This document shows positions 36,699-50,504 of a DNA stretch of 64,000 bases, piece after piece. The stretch's first letter is position 1, and each line of letters begins with the position of its first letter. Made by a program: the position numbers and the translations under genes. The notes under the pieces are model-generated. The model saw only the letters and a list, made by a program, of their open reading frames with translations. It did no database searches and was not told the origin of the DNA. The stretch is from Octopus sinensis (lineage: Eukaryota): NCBI RefSeq assembly GCF_006345805.1, contig NC_043011.1, positions 26,548,464 to 26,612,463 on the forward strand, written 5' to 3'.

Positions 36699-37790
36699 TT
36701 GGGTTGGCAAATAAGTTCCCGCTGTTTTTTTTAAAATTTAAATTTTTTAAAAGGTTTAATAAAAAAAATAACAACTAATTAATCAATAATGTATCCACCC
36801 TTGTTGTTTACACTTCTTCCCAACTTTCAACAAGATTTTCAATACCTCGCTGGTAGAAATCACCCGATTTCGACTCGAAAAATTGATCCAAACAAGCTCT
36901 CAATTCTGCATCAGTATTGAACGAAACTCTGCGCATAGCATTTGAAAGAGATCGAAAGAGGTGGAAATCCGTTGGTGCCAAATCAGGAGAGTACGGCGGG
37001 TGTGGCAGCACTTCCTTGGTCATATTGGCGATATGAGGGCGGGCGTTGTCGTGCAGCAGAAGAACTCCATGCTGCCGATTAGGTCTTTTCTCTTGGATAG
37101 CTGTGTTGAGTCGTTCCATCTGTTGAACATAGAGTTCCGCGTTGACCGTTTGGTTCCGTTCAAGCAATTCGTAAGTCCCACCATACGCACAACATTGTTT
37201 TACGCGGATGAAGATCTTGTTTCATGCGCAGTGTCACTTGCTTTCCGAGGCTAAGCCATTCCATTTTTCGTCGCCAGTAACGATTCGGTAAAGAAATCGT
37301 TGCTTGTGTCCATGAGTTGAGCGGTGACGAGCAAGCAAACCAGCGAAGATTGTGACTCGTTGATTTTTGTTGCTGTCACTTAAAGCATGCAGAACCCATG
37401 CTCCATACTTCTGAACCTTTCACATCGAGTGAAGATGCTTCTCTATAGCAGTGTGGGAACATTCCATTTTCTCTGCCAGTTCCCTTATCGTTTGACGAGA
37501 ATTTTCGTGCAAAAGCTGGTTTAATCGCCCTTCATCGAACTCAACTGGACGGCCAGAACGAGGTGCGTCTTTGAGGTCAAAATTTCCATTTTTAAACTTG
37601 GCATACCAATCACGAGCGGTTCTTTCTCCAAACACAGCACGAATGTCGTGATTAGCTTTTGCGGCATTAGAACCTTGATTAAAAACAAAAAGAAGGAAGT
37701 GTCGAAAATGCTCATTTTTCTTAACTTGACATTCCATTTTAATGATCTGAAAATAAACAAAAATTACTTAAAATTAACTAGAAAAAGAAA
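36699..37790 (-). mobile_element. Mariner (DD34D, Mos1/Hsmar1-like) transposon, pseudogenised; only one TIR seen
   Basis: HTH ORF 37420-37737 (WYAKFKNGNFDLKDAPRSGRP); IVTGDEKW; LLHDNARPH; HPPYSPDLAPTDFHLF; TIR ta/ttgggttggcaaataagttcccgctgttttt. Confidence 0.93.
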
Positions 37791-37932
37791 AGGTTCCAAA
37801 ATGATTAAAAAATAGAATTCTTGAAAAAAAATAGATTCCAAAATTTAAAAACTCTCAAGTGCTTCTATGGATCATAATCCGGCCCTGCCTAGAACCTATA
37901 GATACAATAAAAACGTTAACAGACGCAATAAA

Positions 37933-38454
37933 AATTACCTTTTAGGTTCGATAAAGCTTGCATAACACCTCACAGACCCTGTTGACGTGTTCCACAGACA
38001 AACCAAGGCAAGATAACCAGTGCCAATATGGAATACCTTTGATAAGAGGTCTCTTGCATTAAGTCTGATCTGGGGCTAACGTGTCCAGTAGATATTACAG
38101 TATTTCGTGGTTGTAAATAAAACAGTAAAATATATTTACAATACAACTTACATCTAAAAACAAAGCAAAAACAGTTGCGACTACGACAAGATATTTCAAT
38201 GTAGCACCATATCACTTTAGTTGGGTTCTTCACTAAGATTTTCAATGCTTGTGAACATTGGCATAGAAGTGGCTGTGTGGTAAGTAGCTTGCTTACCAAC
38301 CACATGGTTCCAGGTTCATTCCCACTGCGTGACATCTTGAGCAAGTGTCTTCTACTATAGCCTCGGGTCGACCAAAGCCTTGTGAGTAGATTTGGTAGAC
38401 GGAAACTGAAAGAAGCCCGTCGTATATATATATATGTGCGCGTGTTTGTTTGTT

Positions 38455-38487
<33 letters not shown>

Positions 38488-39994
38488 GCCCGTCGTATAT
38501 ATGTATATATATGCGTGTGTGTGTGTGTTTGTGTGTCTGTCCCTCCAACATCGCTTGACAACCGATGCTGGTGTGTTTACGTCCCCGTAACTTAGCGGTT
38601 CGGCAAAAGAGACCGATGGAATAAGTACTAGGCTTACAAAGAATGAGCTCTGGGGTCGATTTACTCGACTAAAGGCGGTGCTCCAGCATGATCGCAGACA
38701 AATGACTGAAACAAGTAAAAGAATAAAAGAAAAATAGGTACCGTTGCTATTTGAAATGTATTTATTCGTGACGTGTTAAGCTGTTTTGTTTCCGTTCCGT
38801 TATTTTCAATGTCTTACATAGCTTTCATCTTGTAGCAGAAGTTAAGGATATTTAGCTTACGAACCTATTGAGCGAGATCACCTATATACTTAAGTGGTTG
38901 GATGAGGATGTATGTCTTTAAGACACATCTGGAAAACTCTACTATTTGAAATTCCAGATGAGTCTACATTGCGACAGGAAACATAACGAAAGGAAGCAGT
39001 ATCAAATTCCCTAATTTATCAAAGACCAATGTAGTAATAGTAACAGCAGAGCAAGTAAAACTCTGTGTGTGTGTGTGTGGCTCTCGAACGCTTCAACGAA
39101 TGAGGACTCAGTAAGACAAGGCTCCACGGTGTTCCTAATTTAAGTCTTTGGAAAACGACCATCATCCCATATCCACCTGAGTACGGAGTCAAAGCTGAAG
39201 ACTTCCACTAACGTTCTCTGCGTGATCCGGTTGCCTTTTTCTGTACCGTTCCTGGACTTACGAAGAAAGCGTGATGGTGTTGCTATAGGTGTCTTAATTT
39301 ACTGAACAAATTGCACGATATATATATTACTATAGTAAGAATGATATATGCAAACCTGATCCATTCTCTCTTCCTTCAAACTTCTATTGGTCTGGTACAA
39401 CAAGTACCAAGAACTGACTCCAGCAACAATTCCATGTTTTCGAGCCTTTACACCTTAGCTACTTAACCAGAGAGAATTGAGAAACAGTAGAAACGAGACG
39501 GCAAACGGATGCGGACAGCTGCTGACCCAAGCTGACTGCAGTTAAACAATGACGATCGAACTCAGCAACACCAGCACCAACTAACTGCACTGACTGCTGT
39601 TAGTCACATCAAGAACAATAGCAGTCAAACTCTGTCGATGTTTTGTTGTTCGTACTATCGACAGTATTTGCGTTTTGTTTACTGGAAAAATAAAAAATCT
39701 TATTTATCATAAATCTCACAGATATCAGTGTTCTTCTTCGTAACAGGTGAATAGATGTATGTCTGTGAGAGAGAGAGAGAGAGGGTGGGGTGGGGAGGGA
39801 GGTAGAGGGAGAGAAAGAATTAATGTTTTGTGACAGAGTGTGATGAAGTTTATCCGAATCAGACTTAATGCAAGAGACCTCTTACCAAAGGTATTCCATA
39901 TTGGCACTGGTTATCTTGCCTTGGTTTGTCTGTGGAACACGTCAACAGGGTCTGTGAGGTGTTATGCAAGCTTTATCGAACATAAAAGGTAATT
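37933..39994. mobile_element. 2-kb non-autonomous DNA transposon with about 137-bp TIRs; carries a SINE insertion
   Basis: 37933-38069 is the near-perfect reverse complement of 39858-39994. Confidence 0.78.
38260..38730 (+). mobile_element. SINE family A nested inside the 37933-39994 TIR element
   Basis: Alignment to family A. Confidence 0.9.
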
Positions 39995-40046
39995 GGTTAA
40001 TATATAATGGTTACCGGTCCCCTTGTAACAAACAGTGAGTTTACTA

Positions 40047-40234
40047 CTAACAATATAGGATGAAGTCCCTTTCTCTACAGAAAAGGATTCCATCAAAAAG
40101 CTATTGAATAACCTTCTTTAGCCCTTAATTATAAGATGTTTATACTTCAACCGTAATGGTTTTTTTAATATACTGCCACGCTTTTTGATGGAATCCTTTT
40201 CTGTAGAGAAAGGGACTTCATCCTATATTGTTAG
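40047..40234. mobile_element. 188-bp MITE with perfect 55-bp TIRs and a TA TSD
   Basis: ta/ctaacaatataggatgaagtccc...aaaaagc versus gctttttg...cctatattgttag/ta. Confidence 0.8.
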
Positions 40235-40339
40235 TATATATATATATTACACACACGCACAAACACACATTGGAGACGACTATATTCTCTCCATCCGTAC
40301 AGACGCACAGACACACCACACCACACCATACACACACAC

Positions 40340-41500
40340 ACACACACACACGAAACATGCGGTCATCTGGTGAATTCTTAGAAAGTCTAGAGGAAACTCA
40401 TAAAATTGCAATACTTTTCACCATGAATGTTGAAAGTCTTTTTAACCAATGTTCCAGTAATGGAAACCATGAAGCAAAATCTTGGATAAGATCCTCTCCT
40501 ATACCAGGAAGCATCTTGAAAAAAGTTTCTGGTGGCCTACTCAAATGACATCTACGTCCGCTGACAAAAACAAAGACGAAGTAATCTATATACCTAGATG
40601 GGTGTGGATACGGGCTATCATCTTGGGCTCACATTCGCAGCATTCTAGACAGCTAACGTGGAAAACAACGTTGTTCTCAAATATAACCACGCCATCTACT
40701 CCTGATATGGATACGTATTTATTCAACAACGGATGAACAGGCTGATGGTAAAGCATCTTTACATTTACATTCCAACAAAGCGTTAGCATAAATTCATATA
40801 ACACCACCCAGTTTAAGATATAAATGTAGGAATAAAGAGCAAGGAATACTGCACATAGTACCTCAGTTCCTCACCAAACTAAAACAAAAAAAAGTTCTTA
40901 TGTGCAAGACGTTAGTGAATGTTCACATAGGCATAAAATAACTATAGACAAATCTCTTCAAAGACGAGCTTTAAATTTTCGTCCCTAAAGAAGCTTTAAG
41001 AAATCTTTCCCGCAAAACAAGCATAAATTAACAACGAGTGCGCTGATAGATAGGAGACCACTTCATAGAACAATACAGAACTAATTGATCCAATCTAATA
41101 CAATAGATCATCAGATACAGCACTTATTTAAAATACACAACCACACATATTGCGCATCATAAGAACTAAATTCACTCTGGTTAGGCAGTAAGTATGTTAT
41201 TTAAAAAAAAAAGAAAAAACTCAGAAAACAGAGCACATGTATCACACTAAAGTACAAGCTCGCAATTCGAATATATTTCAAAACCACTAGAATGAAGAGT
41301 TTCGTCATCTACACGAAAGTTCAGGTGTATTAGGCAGCCAGTAACAATTTCATTATATCGATAAGTATGGAAGTTGCAAACTTCATGACTCAGACTGTTA
41401 CAGGGGATGCATAAGAATGACACTCTTACGTTAGTTGATCATGCACTTACAGGTAAGTGTCGTTAACTCAATGTAATACAGGGCACGAATTAGATAGAAA
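40340..41500 (+). mobile_element. Degenerate Penelope-like element (RT core and downstream region)
   Basis: LFTMNVESLF(T)NVPVMET; GVDTGYHLGLTFAAF*TANVENNVV (compare GVAMGSPLGPTFANFY...EN). Confidence 0.65.
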
Positions 41501-41554
41501 ACCATTTGATGTTATTTATAGTTTTAAATAGAGTACCACAATGTGTGTGTGTGT

Positions 41555-41831
41555 GCATATTCTTTTACTTGTTTCAGTCATTTGACTGCGGCCATACTGG
41601 AGCACCACCTTTAGTCGAATAAATTGACCCCAGGACTTATTCTTTGTAAGACTAGTACTTATTCTATCAGTCTCTTTTTACCGAAACGCTAAGTGATGGG
41701 GACGTAAACACATCAACATCGGTTATCAAGCGATGGTGGGGGGACAAACACAGATATAAACAACAAACACACACATACATATATATGTGGTTGGGAAGCA
41801 GGCTTCTTACCACATAGCCACTCCTGCGCCT
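41555..41831 (-). mobile_element. SINE family A with an internal deletion
   Basis: Alignment to family A. Confidence 0.82.
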
Positions 41832-41866
41832 ACACACACACAGATATATATATATATATTGGATTG

Positions 41867-42056
41867 TTGGCGATCTTTTTCCTCTGCCTTCCTTTTCTTT
41901 TGGATTTTCCTCTGTCTCCTGTTTCTGAAGAAGAGCTTTGCTCGAAACGTAAAACACCCTTTCTTTCTTTCCCCGGGCGTCTTATTTACACTTTGCATGT
42001 ACTACGTCCTCGCGTTGCTGCTTTTTCTTGTCTTGTCTCGGTTTTTTAAAAATTAT
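41867..42056 (+). mobile_element. Short hammerhead-bearing repeat, copy 2
   Basis: Homologous to 24633-24811; flanked by (TA)n. Confidence 0.65.
41920..41956 (+). ncRNA. Minimal type-I hammerhead ribozyme motif
   Basis: tgttt-CTGAAGA-a-gagc(ttt)gctc-GAA-ACGT-A-aaaca: perfect 5-bp stem I, GUA triplet. Confidence 0.7.
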
Positions 42057-42061
42057 ATATA

Positions 42062-42874
<813 letters not shown>

Positions 42875-42933
42875 TATATATATGTGTGTATACATATATA
42901 TACACATATATATACATATATATATACACATAT

Positions 42934-42967
<34 letters not shown>

Positions 42968-43886
42968 CAAATATATATATATGTATGTATATATAATATA
43001 TATATGTACAGAGAGAGAGAGAGAGAGAGAGAGATGGGTGAGGGAGAAGAGAAAAAAACCAGCGAAATACAAACCCCCAAATTTTTTTTTAAATCAACTC
43101 ATATATTCACCATACGCAACATAAATTAGGATATCTACCAGAATCTTCGCTTTGAACAGTTTTAAATCCGGCGCTGATAATTTCATGTGAACAACGGCAA
43201 AGCGTGTGAGCTAAGATATGATTACTGTTCATTCTGACGGTCTTGAAATGCGTCAAAACTAAACACGAAAAACGGTAATACAGGTAACATGAAAAATCCC
43301 TAATAAAAGAAATTAAACTCGAACATAGACGTGATTCTAACACCTTCAAAAGTTGTCCTTTACACACATACGCACGCACACGCACACGCAACACCAATTA
43401 ATATGGCGATAACATGTACAATACCAATTGATGCAGAGATTTTACATTGCTGTTACTCCGAGTTTCGTGTTACCGTCTTTCGTGGATCACTAAATTTGGA
43501 GTGACGACAGTGCAATATCTATTTTAATTCGTTGTTGTTACTATCATCGATATCATCATCATTGCTATTATTATTAACCCTCTTTCTTTAAGTTTGTAAT
43601 ATCGTGATTGTGTGCGTATGTGTGTGTGTGTGTATTGATAAAAATGGTAACAAAAAAAAAAAACCCAAAAAAGAGATCTCGATATTATGTAAATAGACGA
43701 ATTTATCTGTAAAAGTAATTCAGCCATTTTCATAGCATTTTTCCGATGGCCGGACAACTGAAGAGATGGCGGCGTGGATTTTTCCACCCCGACATCCGAC
43801 ACTCGGAGTTTTATCATGGCTACCGAATAATTGTCACATACTACATTTACAGATATATATACACACACACACACACACCATATATA

Positions 43887-43974
<88 letters not shown>

Positions 43975-44046
43975 GTATGTATATATATATATGTGTATGT
44001 ATATATATATGTATATATATATATATAATATAGATATATATATATG

Positions 44047-44082
<36 letters not shown>

Positions 44083-44088
44083 TATATC

Positions 44089-44123
<35 letters not shown>

Positions 44124-44163
44124 GTATATATATATGTATATATATATACATATATATATACTC

Positions 44164-44295
44164 TAGCGTAGCTAGAGTGTGTGCCGCCCGGAGCGGCACT
44201 TCGTTTGCTACCCCGGACCCCACAAAAAATCACACGTTGCCTACAGCATACCCAAAAGTGTCGCCCGGGGTGGACCGCCCCTACCTACGTCAGCA
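44164..44295. mobile_element. GC-rich MITE relic (cagtggcgtagctag-type ends)
   Basis: tagcgtagctag ... cctacctacgtcag with internal gccgcccgg / cgcccggggtggaccgcccc. Confidence 0.45.
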
Positions 44296-44875
44296 TATAT
44301 ATATATATAAATATGTATATACATACATATGAGAGAGAGAGAGAGGGAGAGAGAGAGAGAGAGAGAAGGAGAGAGAGAGAGAGAGAGTGTGTGTGTGTGT
44401 GCTGGTGGTGGTTTTTCGTTTGTAGATTGCAATAAAGATATCTACATCTGACAGGCTATGTATTAGTAGAGGTCATGCAATTTTACGAAACATGGGCTAA
44501 ACACTATATCAGATTATCCGATGTCAAACGTGACACATTATATCGTTTGATAAACATCTACAGCTCAGTTATAACTATGCACTCATGCATCAGTTAAGAG
44601 CTGATCATAATACATCACACTCTCCATACATATGTACACAATTGCATACATACAAAAGTGTGTTACATAGGAACCCAATTACAAGCCAAATCGTGACTGT
44701 ATTCGCTATAATACTTAGATATTACATACTTAATTTCACACTCGCTATGAAAGTAGCGTGTATGTGTGGGTGTCTGTGTCTATATATATATATAGAGAGA
44801 GAGAGAGAGAAAGAGAAAGAGAGAGCGAGAAAGAGGGGAGAGAGGTGAGTATTTAGGTGTATATGTATCATATAT

Positions 44876-44964
<89 letters not shown>

Positions 44965-45195
44965 GTGTGAGTGTTTATATGTATATGTATCATATATATA
45001 TATAAATATGTATGTATATATATATATATGTATATATATATTTATATATATATATATATGTATGTATATATATATATTTATATATGTATAAATATAAACA
45101 TATATATATATATAGATACACACACACATATATATATAAACATACATACACACACACACACATATATATATTATATATATATATATATATATATC

Positions 45196-45229
<34 letters not shown>

Positions 45230-45607
45230 TATATATACATATATATATATATAGGAATTAGCTACGAATTTTCGAATTCTCCATTTGTTGTGATTTTGCT
45301 AAATATTTGAGATATACCTAGCAATACGGCCATTGGTACGATGGCGTGGAGAGGTAAACAACATTGTTTACTTATTTTACCGTTCATATCTATCTGTAAA
45401 GGATGCTTATAAGTATACATGGACGAGTGCTTAAGCACATGCACTCAGTACGTGTTTGCGTGTATTCAATATATATATGTGTGTGTGTGTGTGTACATAT
45501 ATATACACATACATAGTATGTGTGCGTGTGTATATATATATATATATATATATACACATTGGTCAATAGTTCATATATCCGAAATGCATACTCACACACA
45601 CACACAC

Positions 45608-45723
<116 letters not shown>

Positions 45724-46063
45724 TCGGTCAGTTGTTCATATATCCGAAATGCATATATACATACATACGTATATATATATATATATATATGTATTTATAT
45801 ATCTATAAAGTTTTATATATTATATATATTTATATATATATATATATATTATTTATACACATCAGTCAGTAGTTCATTGATCCGAAATGCATATATATAT
45901 ATATTATATATATATAATATATATATATACATACATACATGCATATATCTATTGCAATATGACACCAATACATATATAATGGGTATTGAAACAGATATCT
46001 GAGTACATAAACGCTTAGAAAAGCAAATTGGTGTGTGTGTGTGTGTGTGCGTGTGTAATATTG

Positions 46064-46225
46064 CAGGGCCGTCTTAGCAGCACTGTAGACCCCACCACCA
46101 GGCAAAGAAATGCACTGGGCGATATAGTATTTATTGATTGCATGCAATAGATCAACATTGGGTCCGTAGACCCATGAGGACTCCGGACAACTGCCCGGTG
46201 TGTCCATGCCTGAAAACAGCACTTG
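46064..46225. mobile_element. GC-rich MITE relic (cagggccgtctt-type ends)
   Basis: cagggccgtcttag ... ctgaaaacagcacttg. Confidence 0.45.
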
Positions 46226-46252
46226 CAAAAACACACACACACACACAAATAT

Positions 46253-46323
<71 letters not shown>

Positions 46324-46446
46324 TCTGTACGTACACTTTTGGTCTCTCATATATATACATATATATATGGCGGTGCCCCAGCATGGCCACAGCTCGTGAG
46401 CTGAAACTAGAATCAATCAATCAATCAATCATATATATACATATGC

Positions 46447-46483
<37 letters not shown>

Positions 46484-46589
46484 ATATAATTATATATATA
46501 TATATATAATATACATATGCATATATATATAATAATATATATATATATACATATGCATATATATATATACATATGCATATATATATATA

Positions 46590-46622
<33 letters not shown>

Positions 46623-46636
46623 CATATATATATACG

Positions 46637-46670
<34 letters not shown>

Positions 46671-49599
46671 CGTGCATATAAACATATTGTCATGTTTATG
46701 AGTAAATATATATTCATATTCGTGTACATAATGTAACACATGCATACATACAATACATGCAATATGAATGAGAGACAAGCAGAGATAGAGAGAGAGACGG
46801 ATGAAGAGAGAGAGAGAGAGACGGGGAGAAGTGAAAGAACGAAGCAGTGAGAGATAAACTGAAAGCGAACACCTACAGTAGAGCTCTATATAATAGTCAT
46901 GAGACCCAATCGTCTGTTGACAGCGAACAGATCTTTAAGCTGTCGTTTTACCGATAATCACAACAGTGTCGGTGTAAAGTAATGGGTAATGGTTCCATAT
47001 TTTTAATCACCGACCACCGCGTCACTACACACACACACACCAACCCCCACATTGCTGCTGCTGCTGCTGACGCTGTGCTGTTGTTTGTTATATTATAGCT
47101 CGGCGATCGAGCGGCATTTTTAGACCGAAAGAAGGAAGGATAGAAAGAAAAAGCCGGAAGAACAAAAGAAGCGTCAACAGAAAAATAAATACGACTCCCT
47201 CCCTCCCTCTCTCTCTCTCTCTCTCTCTCGCTCTGTCTCTTTCACTGACGCCTTGAGTACATGTGCTCGGTGCCTTATCATGCATATGTCTGCTGGAAGG
47301 AGGGGGGGGGGTTGCAAATATTTTAGGCGAATAAAGTAATAATAATAATAAAAGAATGAAAACATCGATTTCTTTTGATTAGGTGGAAGATAATTTTTTG
47401 TTGTTATTAAAAGTAGTATACTGTACATAAATAACCCTTTCTTAAGCGTTTGTTGTTTAGCTCCCATCACGCACGCACACACACCGCCAAGTCAACCCCC
47501 TAGTCATGCAGAATTACCCTCAAAGGCGTTCCAGCCATGACCATACCGTCTTTTTACATAACTCGGAATAAACTGTCCAATGTATATTTCTTTTTTTTTT
47601 TTTTTTGATAGGATTTATTTGAGAAAGATTTGCCTGCTATTTCTAGCGGGTTGTATCATTGCATATAAGAGGGCCCCTTGTTGGTTCGATGTGCCGAGGG
47701 TCAAGGCGGGCGCCGTAGAACAGTCGGTAAACTATCTGAAAGAGACATACCGTCTGTTTTCCATTTCAGGAAAAGGATTTTCATTTCACTTTCACTACCC
47801 ATTCTCTTGGCAAAGACATGAATGTTTCAATTCCTCATTTTCTGTCACTTAAAAAGAAAACTAGGATATGACCGAACAATAGAGGGTTAAATTATTAATG
47901 CATTTAGTTTCATACATTGTGATACCGACTTCAAATTCCCATCGAGGTCGACTTTGTCTTTCATCCTACAGGACTCAATACAACTAAAGTACCGGTTGTA
48001 TACATACCACTTCCATTCGGTCGGTGATACCCATCTCCTAATAAATAAATAAAATAAAATTGTTCTTTAATAAGAATGCTCATTAATTGAAGGGAGGTGG
48101 TGAGTTGACAAAATGTTGTTATATATTGAATATCATTCAAGCATTTAGGTTTTTCGTCTCCACTGGTACAAATCCCGCCAAGGGGCAACTATACTTTTTG
48201 TTTCCCCGGCGTCGATAAATTAAGTTTAGTAGAATTGATTTACCTGTGTTCTTAGTTAGCAAACTGATATTATTTACGAACTAAATGATATAGATATTTT
48301 CCTCTATAAGGATTTGCTTTCAATCGATTGCTTTCGTTTAAAGCAAATATAGATCCATTTTCTGTTCTTCAGTCTTTCCACTTGTACGCTGTAATGGCAG
48401 TCTCTAAATAGCCTGTCTAATGAACGACTTAAGAGTTTCTGAAGTTCAGTTTCTCGCTTTTCAAAGCTCAAATGTCGCCTGTCTGTTTGCAATTTATCCC
48501 TTAAATAAATACTAGAATAAAGTATCAAGTGAAGTCGCTGGCTGTCAACAACGATTGTGGGTCGATTCTATCAACTATATCTTACAAAACTAGCTGTGTC
48601 AAGTGAATGTCACAGAACTATGATTGAATCTACAACTGCTGCAAAATATAAGCAAAAGGGTTTTAGACATCTTGGGGAGAGGAACTCCGCGTTGTGATGT
48701 TCATGCCCTTTGTACAAGTTGTCAGTAGCATGAAATAAATGAAATGGCTTCAACCGGGAACCGAAACTTGCTGGAGGATCCGGCTCGAGCAGTTTAAAAA
48801 TAGCCATCCAGATACCACTTTGTAGTTGAACAATTTCTTATGTTGCATTAATTTTTATTATTATTATTATTATAATAAAATGAGGCAATAAGAAATCATA
48901 GGAAAATATTTAGAATAAGACAGCAATCTTCCCATTTGAATTCATCAACCAAATTCCCTTCTGTAAATTGTTTATCCATCTGTATGGTGAACAGAAATAA
49001 GTCACACAAAATAGAGTCAATTTTTGGAGAGGGAAAACAAAGTAGGGAAAAATATTAGATTTCATTTAAATACCATCAAATAATAGCACAAACAAATAAT
49101 TTAAGTGGCTTATGAACTGAAAATACTTGTACACAATGACAACACAATTTACCTAGTGGCATTACACATAAAGTGAAAGAAAAATTTTATTCAGTATCTT
49201 AAACAAAACAATGGATCAAATAAAAAAAAAAACAAGCAAAAATGAGCGATTTATTGAAGTTTTCCTGTGACTTTTTTCCCTGCATTCAGCTGTATGTATA
49301 TCAATACATTCTCCATACACGTGCTATCAATTTATATTTCTCTAAGAAGCATTCACGTACAACATATAACATAAACCTCATAGGTTTGTATGACTAATTA
49401 TTTGAGGATATCAAAACCATTAGACGTTTCGATGAAACATGAATTAATTTTATGATTTAACAAGAAAAAAAAATCAAGAATGCACAAATCTGCCAATCGA
49501 CGAAAGTGAATCTGCTCCACCTTGCCTTTTTTCCCTCCACTCTACGACGTTAGGTATTTATCTCAATATCCCGCTATATGTTGATTCGATTATTCTAGA

Positions 49600-50504
<905 letters not shown>

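Noticed and set aside
43766-44332. 188-aa ORF starting MAAWIFPP in good Kozak context
   Set aside because: Runs into microsatellite after about 30 codons with no donor and no recognisable domain; kept only as a possible promoter signal.
48304-48807. Two minus-strand ORFs (74 and 65 aa) with ordinary composition
   Set aside because: No recognisable motif and no convincing paired splice sites.
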